The notes under the pieces are model-generated. The model was not told where the DNA came from. It saw nothing but the letters and a program-made list of their open reading frames with translations, and made no database searches. DNA of 64,000 bases from the NCBI GenBank assembly GCA_963741205.1, contig CAVUHW010000028.1:33526-97525 (forward strand), written 5' to 3'. The translations under genes were made by a program, and so were the position numbers. Shown piece by piece: positions 1 to 10,829 of the stretch (the stretch's first letter is position 1; every line of letters begins with the position of its first letter). Source of the stretch: Nitrospirota bacterium. Lineage in GTDB: Bacteria; Nitrospirota; UBA9217.

Positions 1-907
1 AGGATCATGCCCAATTCACAGAGGGCGATGGGATTTTCCGGCTCCCGGACGAGCGCCTCGTTAAACGCCCCCTTCGCAAGCGCCGCATCCCCCCGGTCCA
101 GATACAGGGTGCCGAAGCTCAAATAAGGAAGCACGAATCCTGCATCCGCTTCCATTGCCTTCTTGAACCACATCTCGGCAGTATCGGCCGTGCGCCTCGA
201 TTTCAGGGCGGTCTTGCCCATATTGTAAAAACGGAGGGCGCTTGTGCCCGGCTGGTAGCCGGCCTTCGCCCTGCGGAAGCCGCTTTTTTCCCTTCAATGG
301 TCGATGCTACAAAATCGTCCAGCGTTTCGGCCCCCATGAGCGGATACCCCGAGAGTTCAAAGGAGATGACCCTCTCCCCGTTCAGGATTACGGTCGACGG
401 GAGGGCGATCACGCCGTAATCATGGAAGGCGACCAGTCCGCGGTCGATGAGGATGGGGAAGCCGATTTTAAGCTTATCGGAAAAGGCCCGTATCGCGGCA
501 AGCGTCTCGTCGGAGATATTCTGACCGTCGGCATTCACGCCGATGACCGAAAGGCCCTGCCGCTTGTATTTTTCATGGAGCTGCTGCATCCTCGCCAATA
601 TTTTTTCTGATTTCGGATTCCACGTTGACCAGAAGACGAGAACGGTGAGCTTCTCCCCCTTGACATCGGCGAATGATTTCGCTTCGCCGTTGATGGTTTT
701 GAGGGAAAAATCAGGCGCCTGCATGCCGGTCTGGAGTGATTGCAGGGTGGCTGCGGCGGGAGCGAAGGAGAGGACCCCGTAGAAGGCTGCGAAGACAGTC
801 ATGATCAGTGCTCGATTGAGGCGAAAAGGCATAGGACAGCGGTTCTCCCTCGGCCCGCGGATCCCCTTCAGCATCACGCGCAGGCGGTTGTCCGGCGGCG
901 GGATCAT
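1..907 (-). CDS. TlpA/ResA-like thioredoxin-fold protein with C-terminal TPR repeats; partial (runs off window start), one frame break
   Basis: ORF 203..907 has a hydrophobic N-terminus followed by TlpA-type blocks KGEKLTVLVFWSTWNPKSEKIL, GLSVIGVNADG and GVIALPSTVILNGERV. After ...TIEGKK (T6 run at 284-289 on the + strand) a frame change gives SGFRRAKAGYQPGTSALRFYNMGKTALK...LYLDRGDAALAKGAFNEALVREPENP. This is TPR-like and stays open to position 1. The start at 907 overlaps the upstream stop (ATGA). Confidence 0.7.
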
Positions 908-1431
908 CTCCCCTGCTCGTGCTTTCTGATCCCCTCTTTGAACTCCGCGACGGCCTTGTTCAGGTCGCCAAGCCTCTCATAAACAAGACCGAGTTCATAG
1001 TGGGTCAAAACCGGGTTCGGGTTCAGGAGCAGGGCGTCCTTCAGCGCCAGTTCGGCCTCCGCCAGCTGTCCCTTCCGAGCCAGGACGATCCCTTTTCCGG
1101 TCTTTGCGCTGCTCGATCGGGGATTGAGCTTCAGGGCCTCGTCAAAGGAACTTTTGGCCCCGTCAAGGTCTCCCTTGCGTAAAAGGAGCTGGCCCAACTG
1201 GACACGGAGCTGTGCGTCGGAGGGGTCTGTCTTGACGGCCGTTCTGGCTGCAGCAAGCTCCTCCTCGATCTTGCCGTTATTTTCCGCCGTCGTGGTAGAT
1301 TGTGTCACCGCCGCTTCTTTTGTCTCACCCTTGCCACCAACTCCCCATGCAGCAGGAGGCAAAAACGCCAGGAAAGCCCAAAAAACAACGATGCAGATCG
1401 TGATTGATTGACGACCGGATCGCGGCATCAT
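904..1431 (-). CDS. TPR-repeat protein with N-terminal signal/anchor
   Basis: Intact 175-aa ORF. The hydrophobic N-terminus ITICIVVFWAFLAFLPPAAWG is followed by TPR-like units LRVQLGQLLLRKGDLDGAKSSFDEALKLNP, GKGIVLARKGQLAEAELALKDALLLNP and HYELGLVYERLGDLNKAVAEFKEGI. Confidence 0.75.
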   Translation of the reverse strand: MMPRSGRQSITICIVVFWAFLAFLPPAAWGVGGKGETKEAAVTQSTTTAENNGKIEEELAAARTAVKTDPSDAQLRVQLGQLLLRKGDLDGAKSSFDEALKLNPRSSSAKTGKGIVLARKGQLAEAELALKDALLLNPNPVLTHYELGLVYERLGDLNKAVAEFKEGIRKHEQGR

Positions 1432-1457
1432 TTCCCCATCCCTCTAAAAAAAATCAC

Positions 1458-2820
1458 CTAGCGCGCGGCGGCCGGCGGCTTATTGACCACCGGCTTGGCC
1501 CTGTCGTAAGAGAACTTCTGATGGCAACCCGGTTGACAGCTCCCGCCGGATTCCGTTTTCTTAAAGCCTACCGGCAGCTGCCAAGTCGCAAAAGGCACTT
1601 TATCGCGAATATGCCTCGGGTTGTTCGTGGCATGCGCGTCATGGCACGCCCGGCACGTGCGGCCTTTCACTGCTTTATTGACGTGGACAAAATGCAGATT
1701 TTGGCTGCCGTTTCTGAAATTCGTGAGTGTCGTGGTGCTCTCGTCGCTGGCGATGGTCTTTTCATGGCACATAAAGCAAAGCTTGTAATTGTCGGGGTTG
1801 TAGCCGGCGTAGAAGAGCTGCGGGTAGAATTCGCGCAGCATTCTGAAATTCTTGGACCCGTGAGGATTGTGACAGCCCGAGCAGTCGCCCTGCTTAATCG
1901 GGCCGTGGCGGTCGGTGTTGCTCTCGAGGATCGCCTTCATGTTCGCGATCCGCCCGTTCTGTCCGTTGTATTCCTTGTCATGGCAGCTGAGGCAGAGGTC
2001 CATCGGTGGTTTTAACAGCTGCTTTACGTTGTTCGAGGCATGGGCGTCGTGGCAGGCAAGGCACTTTCTGTCCGTATCGAGCGCCTTGTGCGGCACGGTC
2101 GCCTCCCTGATTTCCGCGTCCTTGTCCATGTGGCAGGTCAGGCAAAGACCGCGCGTATTCTCGGCGTTGAGATTGTACCGGAAATTACCGCTGTGAGGAC
2201 TATGGCAATTCACGCAGCTCTGCTTCACCGGCGTATGAATGTGCTTCGTGCTTTTCAGGGTATTGGCCTTGTCCGCATGGCAGGTGAAGCAGACGTCATT
2301 TACTTCCGCAACGAGCATCTTCGGAAAATCGCTCTGGTGAACGGCGTGGCAGGCGCTGCAGCTTCCGACGGCGGCGGGACCATGGACAATTTCCGGCCAC
2401 GAGTGATTTATTGTGACAGAGAAAGCAGAGGTCGCCTCCCGCGGCGCGGAGCTGAAACTTGTTTGGGGACTGATGAGGGTCATGGCACTTCGTACAGTTA
2501 CCTTTTTTCACGGGCGCATGGACGAACTTCTTCGTGTTCATCTGCTCGTGGCACTGCGAACAGAGCTTGCCCACATCCGCTATCGGTTCGAACTTATGCT
2601 TTGCCTTCTGCTTATGACAGGAGGTACAATCACCCACCGCCACCGGCCCATGGACGAACTTTTCCTTCCCCATGGCAGCATGACAACTGGCGGTCACACA
2701 GGAATCCTTTGCCGGAGCGGCTTCTTTTCCAGGGCAACAACGCGGCCGGCGGCGCCGTATATCGGCAGCGCGAAGGCCAGCGCAGCCAAGACACTAAATA
2801 ATAATTGTTTTTTCCCCCAC
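1458..2820 (-). CDS. multihaem c-type cytochrome (about 13 CXXCH plus CX4CH and CX3CH sites); two frame breaks
   Basis: Built from ORFs 1458..2483 and 2296..2697 plus the upstream frame to GTG at 2820 (signal peptide MGKKQLLFSVLAALAFALPIYG). CXXCH motifs: CTSCH CSQCH CTKCH CFLCH CSACH CFTCH CVNCH CLTCH CLACH CLSCH CSGCH CFMCH CRACH. Variant motifs: CVTASCH and CQPGCH. Frame breaks lie near 2725 and near 2405. Confidence 0.85.
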
Positions 2821-3202
2821 CTTCGTTTACCCCTAGAACAATTTAACCTGTGTTCCACGCCCCGTCGGAGCAGTGACAGTCGACACGACATTATAGCCAA
2901 TTTGTTGCATCTGTCAAATATTTTTTTGGTGAGAGGGAAAAAAGGAAGGAATGAGCGAATGCCGCAGCGCTTCCCGCTATCCCCGCCGTTTCCCTTCATT
3001 TCCCATAGCTCATTACATCTTTCTTGACACCCTTCCGTGATTGATCTATCCTCAAATATGCACACCTGCCTTGAAGAGCCCGACTTTCCACCAGTTTCCA
3101 GTTAGTTGATTGGGAAATAGCCTGGAGAGAATGACATCAAGGTAGACACTGGCCGTCCTCGGGAAACGGGTCAAGGGGGCATACTATAAAAAAGGAGGCC
3201 GC

Positions 3203-5703
3203 ATGACACAAGGCATGGAGGACAGCCATGGCAGGAGCGGGAACGTCCGGACGGGGAACGATCCCGCAGAGATCAAGCAATCGATTCTGGACAATCTCTA
3301 TTTCAGCCAGGCCCGCATCCCTCAAACAGCGACCCTCAACGACTGGTACATGGCTCTTGCGTACACCGTCCGTGACCGGATGCTCGATAACTGGCTTAGG
3401 TCGAATATACATCGGGGAAGGAAAGACCTGAAGATCGTAAGCTACTTGTCCGCTGAGTATCTCATGGGACCCCACCTCGGCAACAACCTGATAAATCTCG
3501 GCATCCGGGAGCAGGCCCAACAGGCTGTATCGGAACTGGGGCTCGATATGGAAGCGCTGCTCCGGCAGGAGGCAGAGCCTGGGCTCGGCAACGGCGGGCT
3601 CGGCAGGCTCGCGGCCTGTTACATGGATTCGCTCGCGACACTCCAGATTCCCGCCATCGGCTACGGCATCCGTTACGAATTCGGCATCTTCGATCAGGAG
3701 ATCGTGACGGCTGGCAGATGGAAAAAACAGACAAGTGGCTGCGCTGGGCAACCCCTGGGAGATCTGCCGCCCCGAGATCGTCTATGCTGTGAAGTGCGGC
3801 GGCCACACCGAGCACTATCCGGACGATCAGGGGCGGTTCAGGGTGCGCTGGGTCCCGAGCCGGGTGTCAAGGGAGTGGCCTACGACACGCCCATTGCCGG
3901 ATATCACGCGGGCATGACGAACTGCTCCGTCTCTGGAAGTCCGAGGCTGTTGAGTCCTTCGATTTTCAGGCATTCAACGTGGGCGACTACTACGGCGCCG
4001 TCGACGAGAAGATCGTTTCCGAGACCATCACCAAGGTCCTCTACCCGAATGACGAGCCTGCCATCGGCAAGCGCCTCCGCCTTGCACAGCAATACTTCTT
4101 CGTCTCCTGCTCACTCCGGGACATGATCCGGATCCATGAACTCCAGGGCAACACCAGCCTCGAAATTTTCAGGAGAGGTTTGCCGCCCAGCTCAACGACA
4201 CCCATCCCGCCATCGCCGTGGCCGAACTCATGCGGCTTCTCGTGGACGAGCGCCGCATCGATTGGGACGAGGCATGGGACATCACCCAGAGGACTCTTCT
4301 CCTACACCAATCACACCCTGCTCCCGAGGCGCTCGAGAACTGGCCTCTGCCGCTTTTGCCGGCCTCCTGCCGCGCCATCTGGAGATTATCTTCGAGATCA
4401 ACCGGCGGTTTCTCGAATGAGGTACGCGCGGAAGTCCCGGACGACGACGACGCGTCGGCGCCTGTCGCTCATCGATGAGGCGGGGGAAAAATCGGTGCGC
4501 ATGGCCAACCTGGCCACGGTGGGCAGCCATGCCGTCAACGGCGTGGCCGCGTCTCCACACGGAGCTGCTGAAGGAGACCGTTCTCCGGGATTTCCACGAA
4601 ATATCCCGAAAAATTCCACAACATCACCAATGGCGTGACGCCCCGCCGCTGGATGGCGCTTAGCAACCCGGGCCTTGCGGAGCTCATCACCGGCAGGATC
4701 GGCGACGAGTGGATCTGCGGCTCGATCAGATCGCGCAAGCTGGAGCCATTTCGCAGCGACCCGGGTTCCGGGAGCGCTGGCGTGCGGTCAAGCGGGCCAA
4801 CAAGGAAGCGCCTCGCTGGCCTCATCCGGGAGCGGACCGGCGTCACCGTGGCCCCCGCGAGCCTCTTCGACATTCAGGTGAAGCGGATCCACGAATACAA
4901 GCGCCAGCATCTGAACGTCCTCCACATCATCACCCTCTACAGCCGGCTCAGGCAAAACCCGGGCCTCGAACGTGCCGCGCGACCGTTGATTTTCGGCGGC
5001 AAGGCCGCTCCCGGCTACCTCATGGCCAAGCTGATCATCAAGCTGATCAATGCCGTCGCCGAGGTCGTGAACCACGACCCGGCAGTCACGAGACCGCCTG
5101 AAGGTGGTCTTCTTCCCCGATTTCAACGTCAAGAACGCCCAGCGGATCTACCCGGCCGCCGATCTCTCGGAACAGATCTCACGGCCGGCAAGGAGGCCTC
5201 GGGAACCGGGAACATGAAGTTCTCGATGAACGGCGCCCTCACGATCGGGACGTTGGACGGCGCCAATGTCGAGATCCGGAGGAGGTCGGGGAGGAGAACT
5301 TCTTCCTCTTCGGCCTCAAGACGGAAGAAGTCGAAAGAATAATGTCTGCGGTTACAACCCGCTCGCGAGCTACAAACCAAACCCGGAACTGGGGAGGTCA
5401 TCGAGGCGCTCGCCTCGGGCCTCTTCTCCCGGGGCGACCGGGCTTTTCAGCCCCTGGTCGATTCTCGATGGACCGCGACAAGTACCTGGTCTTCGCGGAC
5501 TACCAGTCCTATGTCGATAGCCAGGACCGAGTGTCCGAGGCGTTCCGGGATCAGGAACGATGGACGCGCATGTCGATCTTGAATGGGCGCGCATGGGCAA
5601 ATTCTCCTCGGACCGCTCGATCCGGGAATACTGCGCCCGCATCTGGCAGGCGAAGGCAGTTACTGACGGCCCGCGCGGAAAAATGAATACCGTTTTAACT
5701 TGA
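3203..5703 (+). CDS. glgP: glycogen/alpha-glucan phosphorylase, reading frame interrupted more than 10 times
   Basis: AAGGAGG lies 5 nt before the ATG at 3203. Hallmark blocks are scattered over all three + frames: EPGLGNGGLGRLAACYMDSLATL, YGIRYEFGIFDQ, YPNDEPAIGKRLRLAQQYFFVS, TNHTLLPEALE, VRMANLATVGSHAVNGVAALHTELL, NITNGVTPRRW, KRIHEYKRQHLN, IFGGKAAPGY, EASGTGNMKFSMNGALTIGTLDGANVEI and SSDRSIREYCARIW. The stop TGA at 5701-5703 lies just before the poly-G block. Confidence 0.85.
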
Positions 5704-5707
5704 GGAA

Positions 5708-6022
<315 letters not shown>

Positions 6023-6114
6023 TTCAGTACAGGTATCAATCGCCGGATCACCCATGGAAGAGACTTAGGAGAGCATCGCAACGACTTCCCGGCGTTTCAT
6101 AAAACAGGACATTT

Positions 6115-6792
6115 CTACTTTGGTAAGAACAGGGCATTTCTACTTTGGCTTGACACACCCGCCACTGTTGTGATCACACCGGTCGAGGCATTAACCTTTC
6201 GGATGCGCTGGTTGAAAGTATCCGCAATGTAGATGTTTCCAGCAGCATCAACTGCTACACTTTCAGGCCCATTAAGGCTTGCCGACGTGGCAGGGCCGTT
6301 ATCGCCGCTGAACATTGGTGAATATTGATTCCCGTTTCCTGCCACGGTCGTTATTACGCCAGTCGATGCATTTACCTTCCTGATGCGACCGTTGTTGTGA
6401 TCCGCTATATAAATATTTCCCGCGGAATCGACGGCTACACTTTGTGGATAACTGAGGTTTGCCGACGTGGCAGGCCGTTATCACCGCTAAAGCCCGACAC
6501 CCCGTTGCCTGCTACTGTCGCTATGATTCCGGTCGATGAATTCACCTTCCGGATGCGATGGTTGTCGGTATCCGCTATGTAAATGTTTCCAGCGGCATCA
6601 ACCGCAACACTCCAGCGGTGATTTTATGACCGCGCTTGTCGCTGCGCCGCCATCGCCAGTATAACCACCAGCAACTGTTACAATATCCCCCCGTGCAGCC
6701 CAAGAAGTTACCGGTATTACCATGGCTAAATAAAGAAGCAGCGCTACCAGCCAGTACGAACGAGTATTTCGTGCGTCGTAATCTTTCCTCAT
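6115..6792 (-). CDS. NHL/beta-propeller repeat protein with signal peptide; frame breaks, 3' end apparently truncated
   Basis: N-terminus MRKDYDARNTRSYWLVALLLYLAMVIPVTSWA (ORF 6598..6792). About three units with a period of roughly 170-180 nt have the form GDGGxAxxAxLxxPxxVAVDxxGNIYIADxxNxRIRKVxxxTGVITTVAG, for example LNGPESVAVDAAGNIYIADTFNQRIRKVNASTGVITTVAG. Confidence 0.65.
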
Positions 6793-6943
6793 GACCTAAC
6801 CCTCAATTTTTGTTTTTCAAAATGATTACAAACAAAAATTATATATTGAACTGCATTTGTTGCTTCTTCTCAGCACCCTCGAAAACACATAATCTTATTC
6901 GAAGCCAGTGAAACTAGAACAGCTACTTTCAAGTCACGAATTA

Positions 6944-7129
6944 TCATGTGAGTCTCCTGCTATCCGAATCCGGAGCGGAAGAATTTCCTTCGGGACAGAG
7001 GATATCGACAAGCTCATCGGCATGCGTGAAGGTCCTTGTTTCCGAGGTCTCCACGACCTCAACCATCCCGACCGGCTTGAGCGGATCATCGGGATCGCGG
7101 CGGTATATGCGAATGACGTAACTTTCCAT
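6944..7129 (-). CDS. small hypothetical protein (61 aa)
   Basis: ORF MESYVIRIYRRDPDDPLKPVGMVEVVETSETRTFTHADELVDILC... is preceded by AAGGA 7 nt upstream. It lies between the large regulator and the NHL gene on the same strand. No family is recognised with certainty. Confidence 0.45.
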   Translation of the reverse strand: MESYVIRIYRRDPDDPLKPVGMVEVVETSETRTFTHADELVDILCPEGNSSAPDSDSRRLT

Positions 7130-7283
7130 AGTTGATCCTTTTTCGTTCGCACGTTTATAACATGGTTCGACTTACAGATTACTTACATATGGAGCAAAAA
7201 ATATACTTTTTTATAAAAATATAATGTGTAGAAAAGTTACAAGAAGTGTCGAATGAGGGGGAAAAGCAGACAAATGCCGGGAA

Positions 7284-10200
7284 TTACCCGTTCCGGCGTA
7301 TGGAGGAATATATTTCCTTGGTTTTTGTGGAGGGCTCAAGCCCGAAGGCTTTTTGAAGCATGGCGCGGCAGCGGTAATAGACTTTGACAACCTCTGCTTC
7401 CTGGCCGAGTTTATGGTGGCAGATCATAAGCTGCTGGTACAGCTCCTCGGCAAGGTCGTCTATCTCGATCCCTTTCTGGTAACACTCTACCGCGAGGTCG
7501 TAGCGGCCTGACTGCTGCCGGTATTTGCCGAGGGCCTTCGTGTAATAGAGAAATTTCGTGCGCAGGCGCTCTCTCAGGGAAATAGTCCAAGGTTCCTTGG
7601 CGTCTCCGGGAAGAAAATGACCTTTATAAAGAGCAAGGGCCTTTTCAGTCAGTCGTATCGTTTCCTCGATATCGGCCTGCGGACGGCGGAACGCCGGATC
7701 GGGACATGCCGGATCTTTCGCGGCTACGAACTCATGCCCTTGCTCCTTCTGTTTCCACATATCTTCCACCCGGCACAGGAGACGCTCGAACCCCCACGCA
7801 TCAGTCCATACGCGCTGATCGTTCAGGCTCACCTGTCCTTCCTGCAGCAGGATCGCTTCATCATCACCTAAAAGTTTCCGTAAGCGGTGGAGCGTGGTAT
7901 CCAGGTTCCGGTTGGCGGCGTCGCCTTCTGCTTCGGGCCACAGGGCATCGATGAGCTGTGACTCAGAAACGCTCTTCCCGCCGAAGGCGATCAATGTCTT
8001 GAGCATCGAGAGCGGCTTCTGCTGCACCTTGCCTGGAGACACAACAGGCTTCTCGTCCCTGAGCAACTCAAACCCGCCGAGAGTGTAGACCTTAACCGGC
8101 CAGGGCCACTGATCAAGATGCAGCGGGGGTGTAAGCGGCATTAATTGCCGTTTTCTAATGAGGTGTCGCACATACTCAACCTCAATCCCCGATTCAAGGG
8201 CCTTCATGCACAGCCTGGCCATAATGGATGGCCTCCAAAAATACATGTTATCTATCCCGTGGTCTCTGCCCAGGCTGAATGCTTTACGGAGAGACTCAAG
8301 CCCCTTCACTTCGTTTTCACGTTTGAAGTGAAGGCAGGATTCGCAATTGAATAGCTATATAGAAGGTATGCGCTGCCCATGCTTTGAATCAGAGGGAATA
8401 CCTTTTCAAGACATTCAGCGGCATCGTGATCGAGCCCCTGTTCAAGGCAGATCTCCGCCAAGTTGATCCGGATGGCTGCTTCCGGTGCACGAATCCGATT
8501 TTCACTGCACCGTTCAGTGAAAGCTCCAGGAATTGGCGGGCTTGCGAATAATTTGCACTGAGGGCGGATTTCCATGCAATTAGCCAATAATAGTACCCCT
8601 TGTCCACGGCTCGGCATGCGCCAAGCCCAGCCGTGATTTTCGGCAGAAATTCCCCGATGAGCTTTTCGTCCCCCTCGGAAAGCGCCGCGGCAAGCATATG
8701 GCCATAGATGTATGTGTCCCAAAAATGTACCCCGCTCTTGTCGGCTAGGGCCAGAGCTTCGTGTGCCTTTTTCATGCCCTCATCGAGTGCACAGGTGACG
8801 AAAGAATAGTGGGCCTCGATTGCTTTCACCATGAGTTGCACGAGTTCGGTCGCTTCCCCGGACTTGGCAGACTCACGAAGCAGGCTGAGGATCATCCCCG
8901 CCTTGGTGAAATTCCCCTGGTAAATGTAATGAGCGATGAGGTGCAATCCGGAATTGAGGAACAGATCGGCGTCCGAAATCATCCCTGCGCAAACAATCGA
9001 AAAGGCCCGTTCCCGTATCTCGTGAATATCGGGATGATCAGGTTGTCCGAAGGCGACTGCGTTAAAATAGCTCAACGCGACCCGATGCTCTATATCGTTC
9101 GATGGAAATGAGGGATCCTCTGCGAGCACCCTCTCCAGGATTTCAGTCCAAGGCCTCATGTGCACATATACGCATTCGTGAAACGCTGTGTCGACGACAG
9201 CGCACCAGGAAAGGAAAAGGCCCGTCCTATCCCCCTGCATCCGGAAGAGCGCAAACGCCTTCTCAAAAGAGGCCCTGCTCTCACGAGGATTAAAAGCCAG
9301 CAAGCAGGCGCCTTGCCAGAACAGGAGGTAGGGAGTTTGTTCAATCAGCTCGCGAGGCATGGCGTCAAGCCATGCACGAACCGCTCCGGTCCTGCCCTCG
9401 GAGAGGAGCGCCGGCGCTCCAGTACAGATAAGCCGTGCCGCTTCAGGCCAATCCCGTGCTCGAAGGAAAAGTCCAATGGCATCTTCAACTTTGCCGGATT
9501 TTTCCAGGATAGCCGCCGCGCGCCGTTCGATCGCAGCGACTCCGTCCTGCGTGAACTCGTCACGCGCCCGGGTCATGAGAAATTCGCGGAACAGGGGATG
9601 GAACTGGTAGGAAGCGTCATGATGCATGTGCCGGGTCGTAAAAAAGTTATTTTTCGATAGATCGTCGAGGAGTGCGCCTGCCGAAGATAGACCGGTCAAT
9701 TCGGCGGCGGCCGCAGGGCTTATCCCCGGAAGGAGCGATGTCTGCATCAGGAAACGTTGTGTGGTTTCGTCCATCTTGATGAATATTTCTGATGCGAAGT
9801 AATTAAAAATGCTCTCCCTCGTTGAACCGGTCAATACAGTGTCAATATCACTATTCTTGAGCGACTCCAGAATGAGCACGAGCCCAGCTGCCCAGCCATC
9901 TGTTTTTTCGTGCAAGCGCTCGAGGGTGCTAACCGCGATGCCCTTCACACTGCTTCTGAGGGCCAGATCTCTAGTTTCCGTCAGGGAAAGCCGGATGTCA
10001 TCCCATCCGATAAAGGGCATATCGTTGTTTGTATGGCCATGAGAAAAAATCGGTAGCGGTCCTCTTCTGCTAATAACGATCATAGTGAAACCCTCAGGCA
10101 AAACCGATATCCCTGTGCTGATCGCGTGATGGAGCATCGAGTCAGATGGCGCGTCCTGATAATTGTCGAGTACGAGTACGAGAGGTGGTTTAAACTTCCG

Positions 10201-10560
10201 GCAAAGTTCTTCAAAATATCTGCGAGTGAACGTCTCTATGCCGGGAATATGAGCGGGAGTCAGCATCGGCAATGGTTTATTATTTCGGGGAGACGAATGG
10301 AGAACGGCTTGCCCCAGGTAATGAAAAAAGGAAGCGGGGTCTCCATCACCTTCATCTACCTGGTACCACAGACAGGGTAGCTTGCGAGATTGGAGCCAAC
10401 TCGCGATAAGTGTGGTCTTGCCCGATCCGCCAGGCGCCGAGACCCAGACTACGCGCTTCGACCGGCATTTGTCGAGGAGGCGGAAAAGCCTTAGCCGCTC
10501 CATTACGCCGGTGATGGTAGGACGGCTGATCTTGGCTATAGATGCATTTTGGTTCGCCAT
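7284..10560 (-). CDS. large STAND-type ATPase / TPR / SARP (winged-helix plus BTAD) transcriptional regulator; two frame breaks
   Basis: The N-terminal P-loop VVWVSAPGGSGKTTL and a MalT-like body lie in ORF 8389..10560. The middle piece is ORF 8306..8722. The C-terminal part is ORF 7284..8309, with VKVYTLGGFELLRDEKPV...LSMLKTLIAFGGKSVSESQLIDALWPE...LHRLRKLLG (OmpR-like wHTH) followed by the BTAD-like ALALYKGHFLPGD...EELYQQLMICHHKLGQEAEVVKVYYRCRAMLQKAFGLEPS. Confidence 0.8.
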
Positions 10561-10829
10561 ACGATGGAATCAGGATGAGTCTTTATAGGGAGTGTTGTTT
10601 TAACCGGGCAGTGATGGATGTATTGACTAAGCAAGACTACCAAAAATAATAGGCAATGTCAACAAAATATAGCACAATGTTGAATGTTTTTTTATTGGCA
10701 GATCTTAATAGTAGAACCTTGTTCTATTATGAATATTGTAATTTCCAGCGTGTCTATTAAAGATTTCTTTATGGGACACCCTGACTGCTGTATTCGGTCC
10801 GCAATTTATCAAGCAGTTCTAACAACGAA

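Noticed and set aside
2680-2700. CVTASCH (CX4CH) and CQPGCH (CX3CH) sites as novel haem-binding motifs.
   Set aside because: CX3CH and CX4CH sites, and paired CxxxxCH...CXXCH modules, are already known in cytochromes c3 and Geobacter-type multihaem cytochromes. They are noted but are not novel.
3203-5703. Interpreting glgP and the other split core genes as true pseudogenes of a degenerating genome.
   Set aside because: Essential single-copy genes such as proS, dxr, ispG, uppS and purA are affected. The fragments keep perfect motifs, and the localised breaks are in homopolymers. Sequencing indels are the simpler explanation, although only reads can settle it.
10727-10752. Imperfect palindrome AATAGTAGAACCTTGTTCTATTAT downstream of the recombinase gene, as a possible res/hix-type crossover site.
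   Set aside because: Only one copy was found by eye. No matching partner site was seen on the other side of the recombinase or at the island ends, so this cannot be supported without a computational repeat search.
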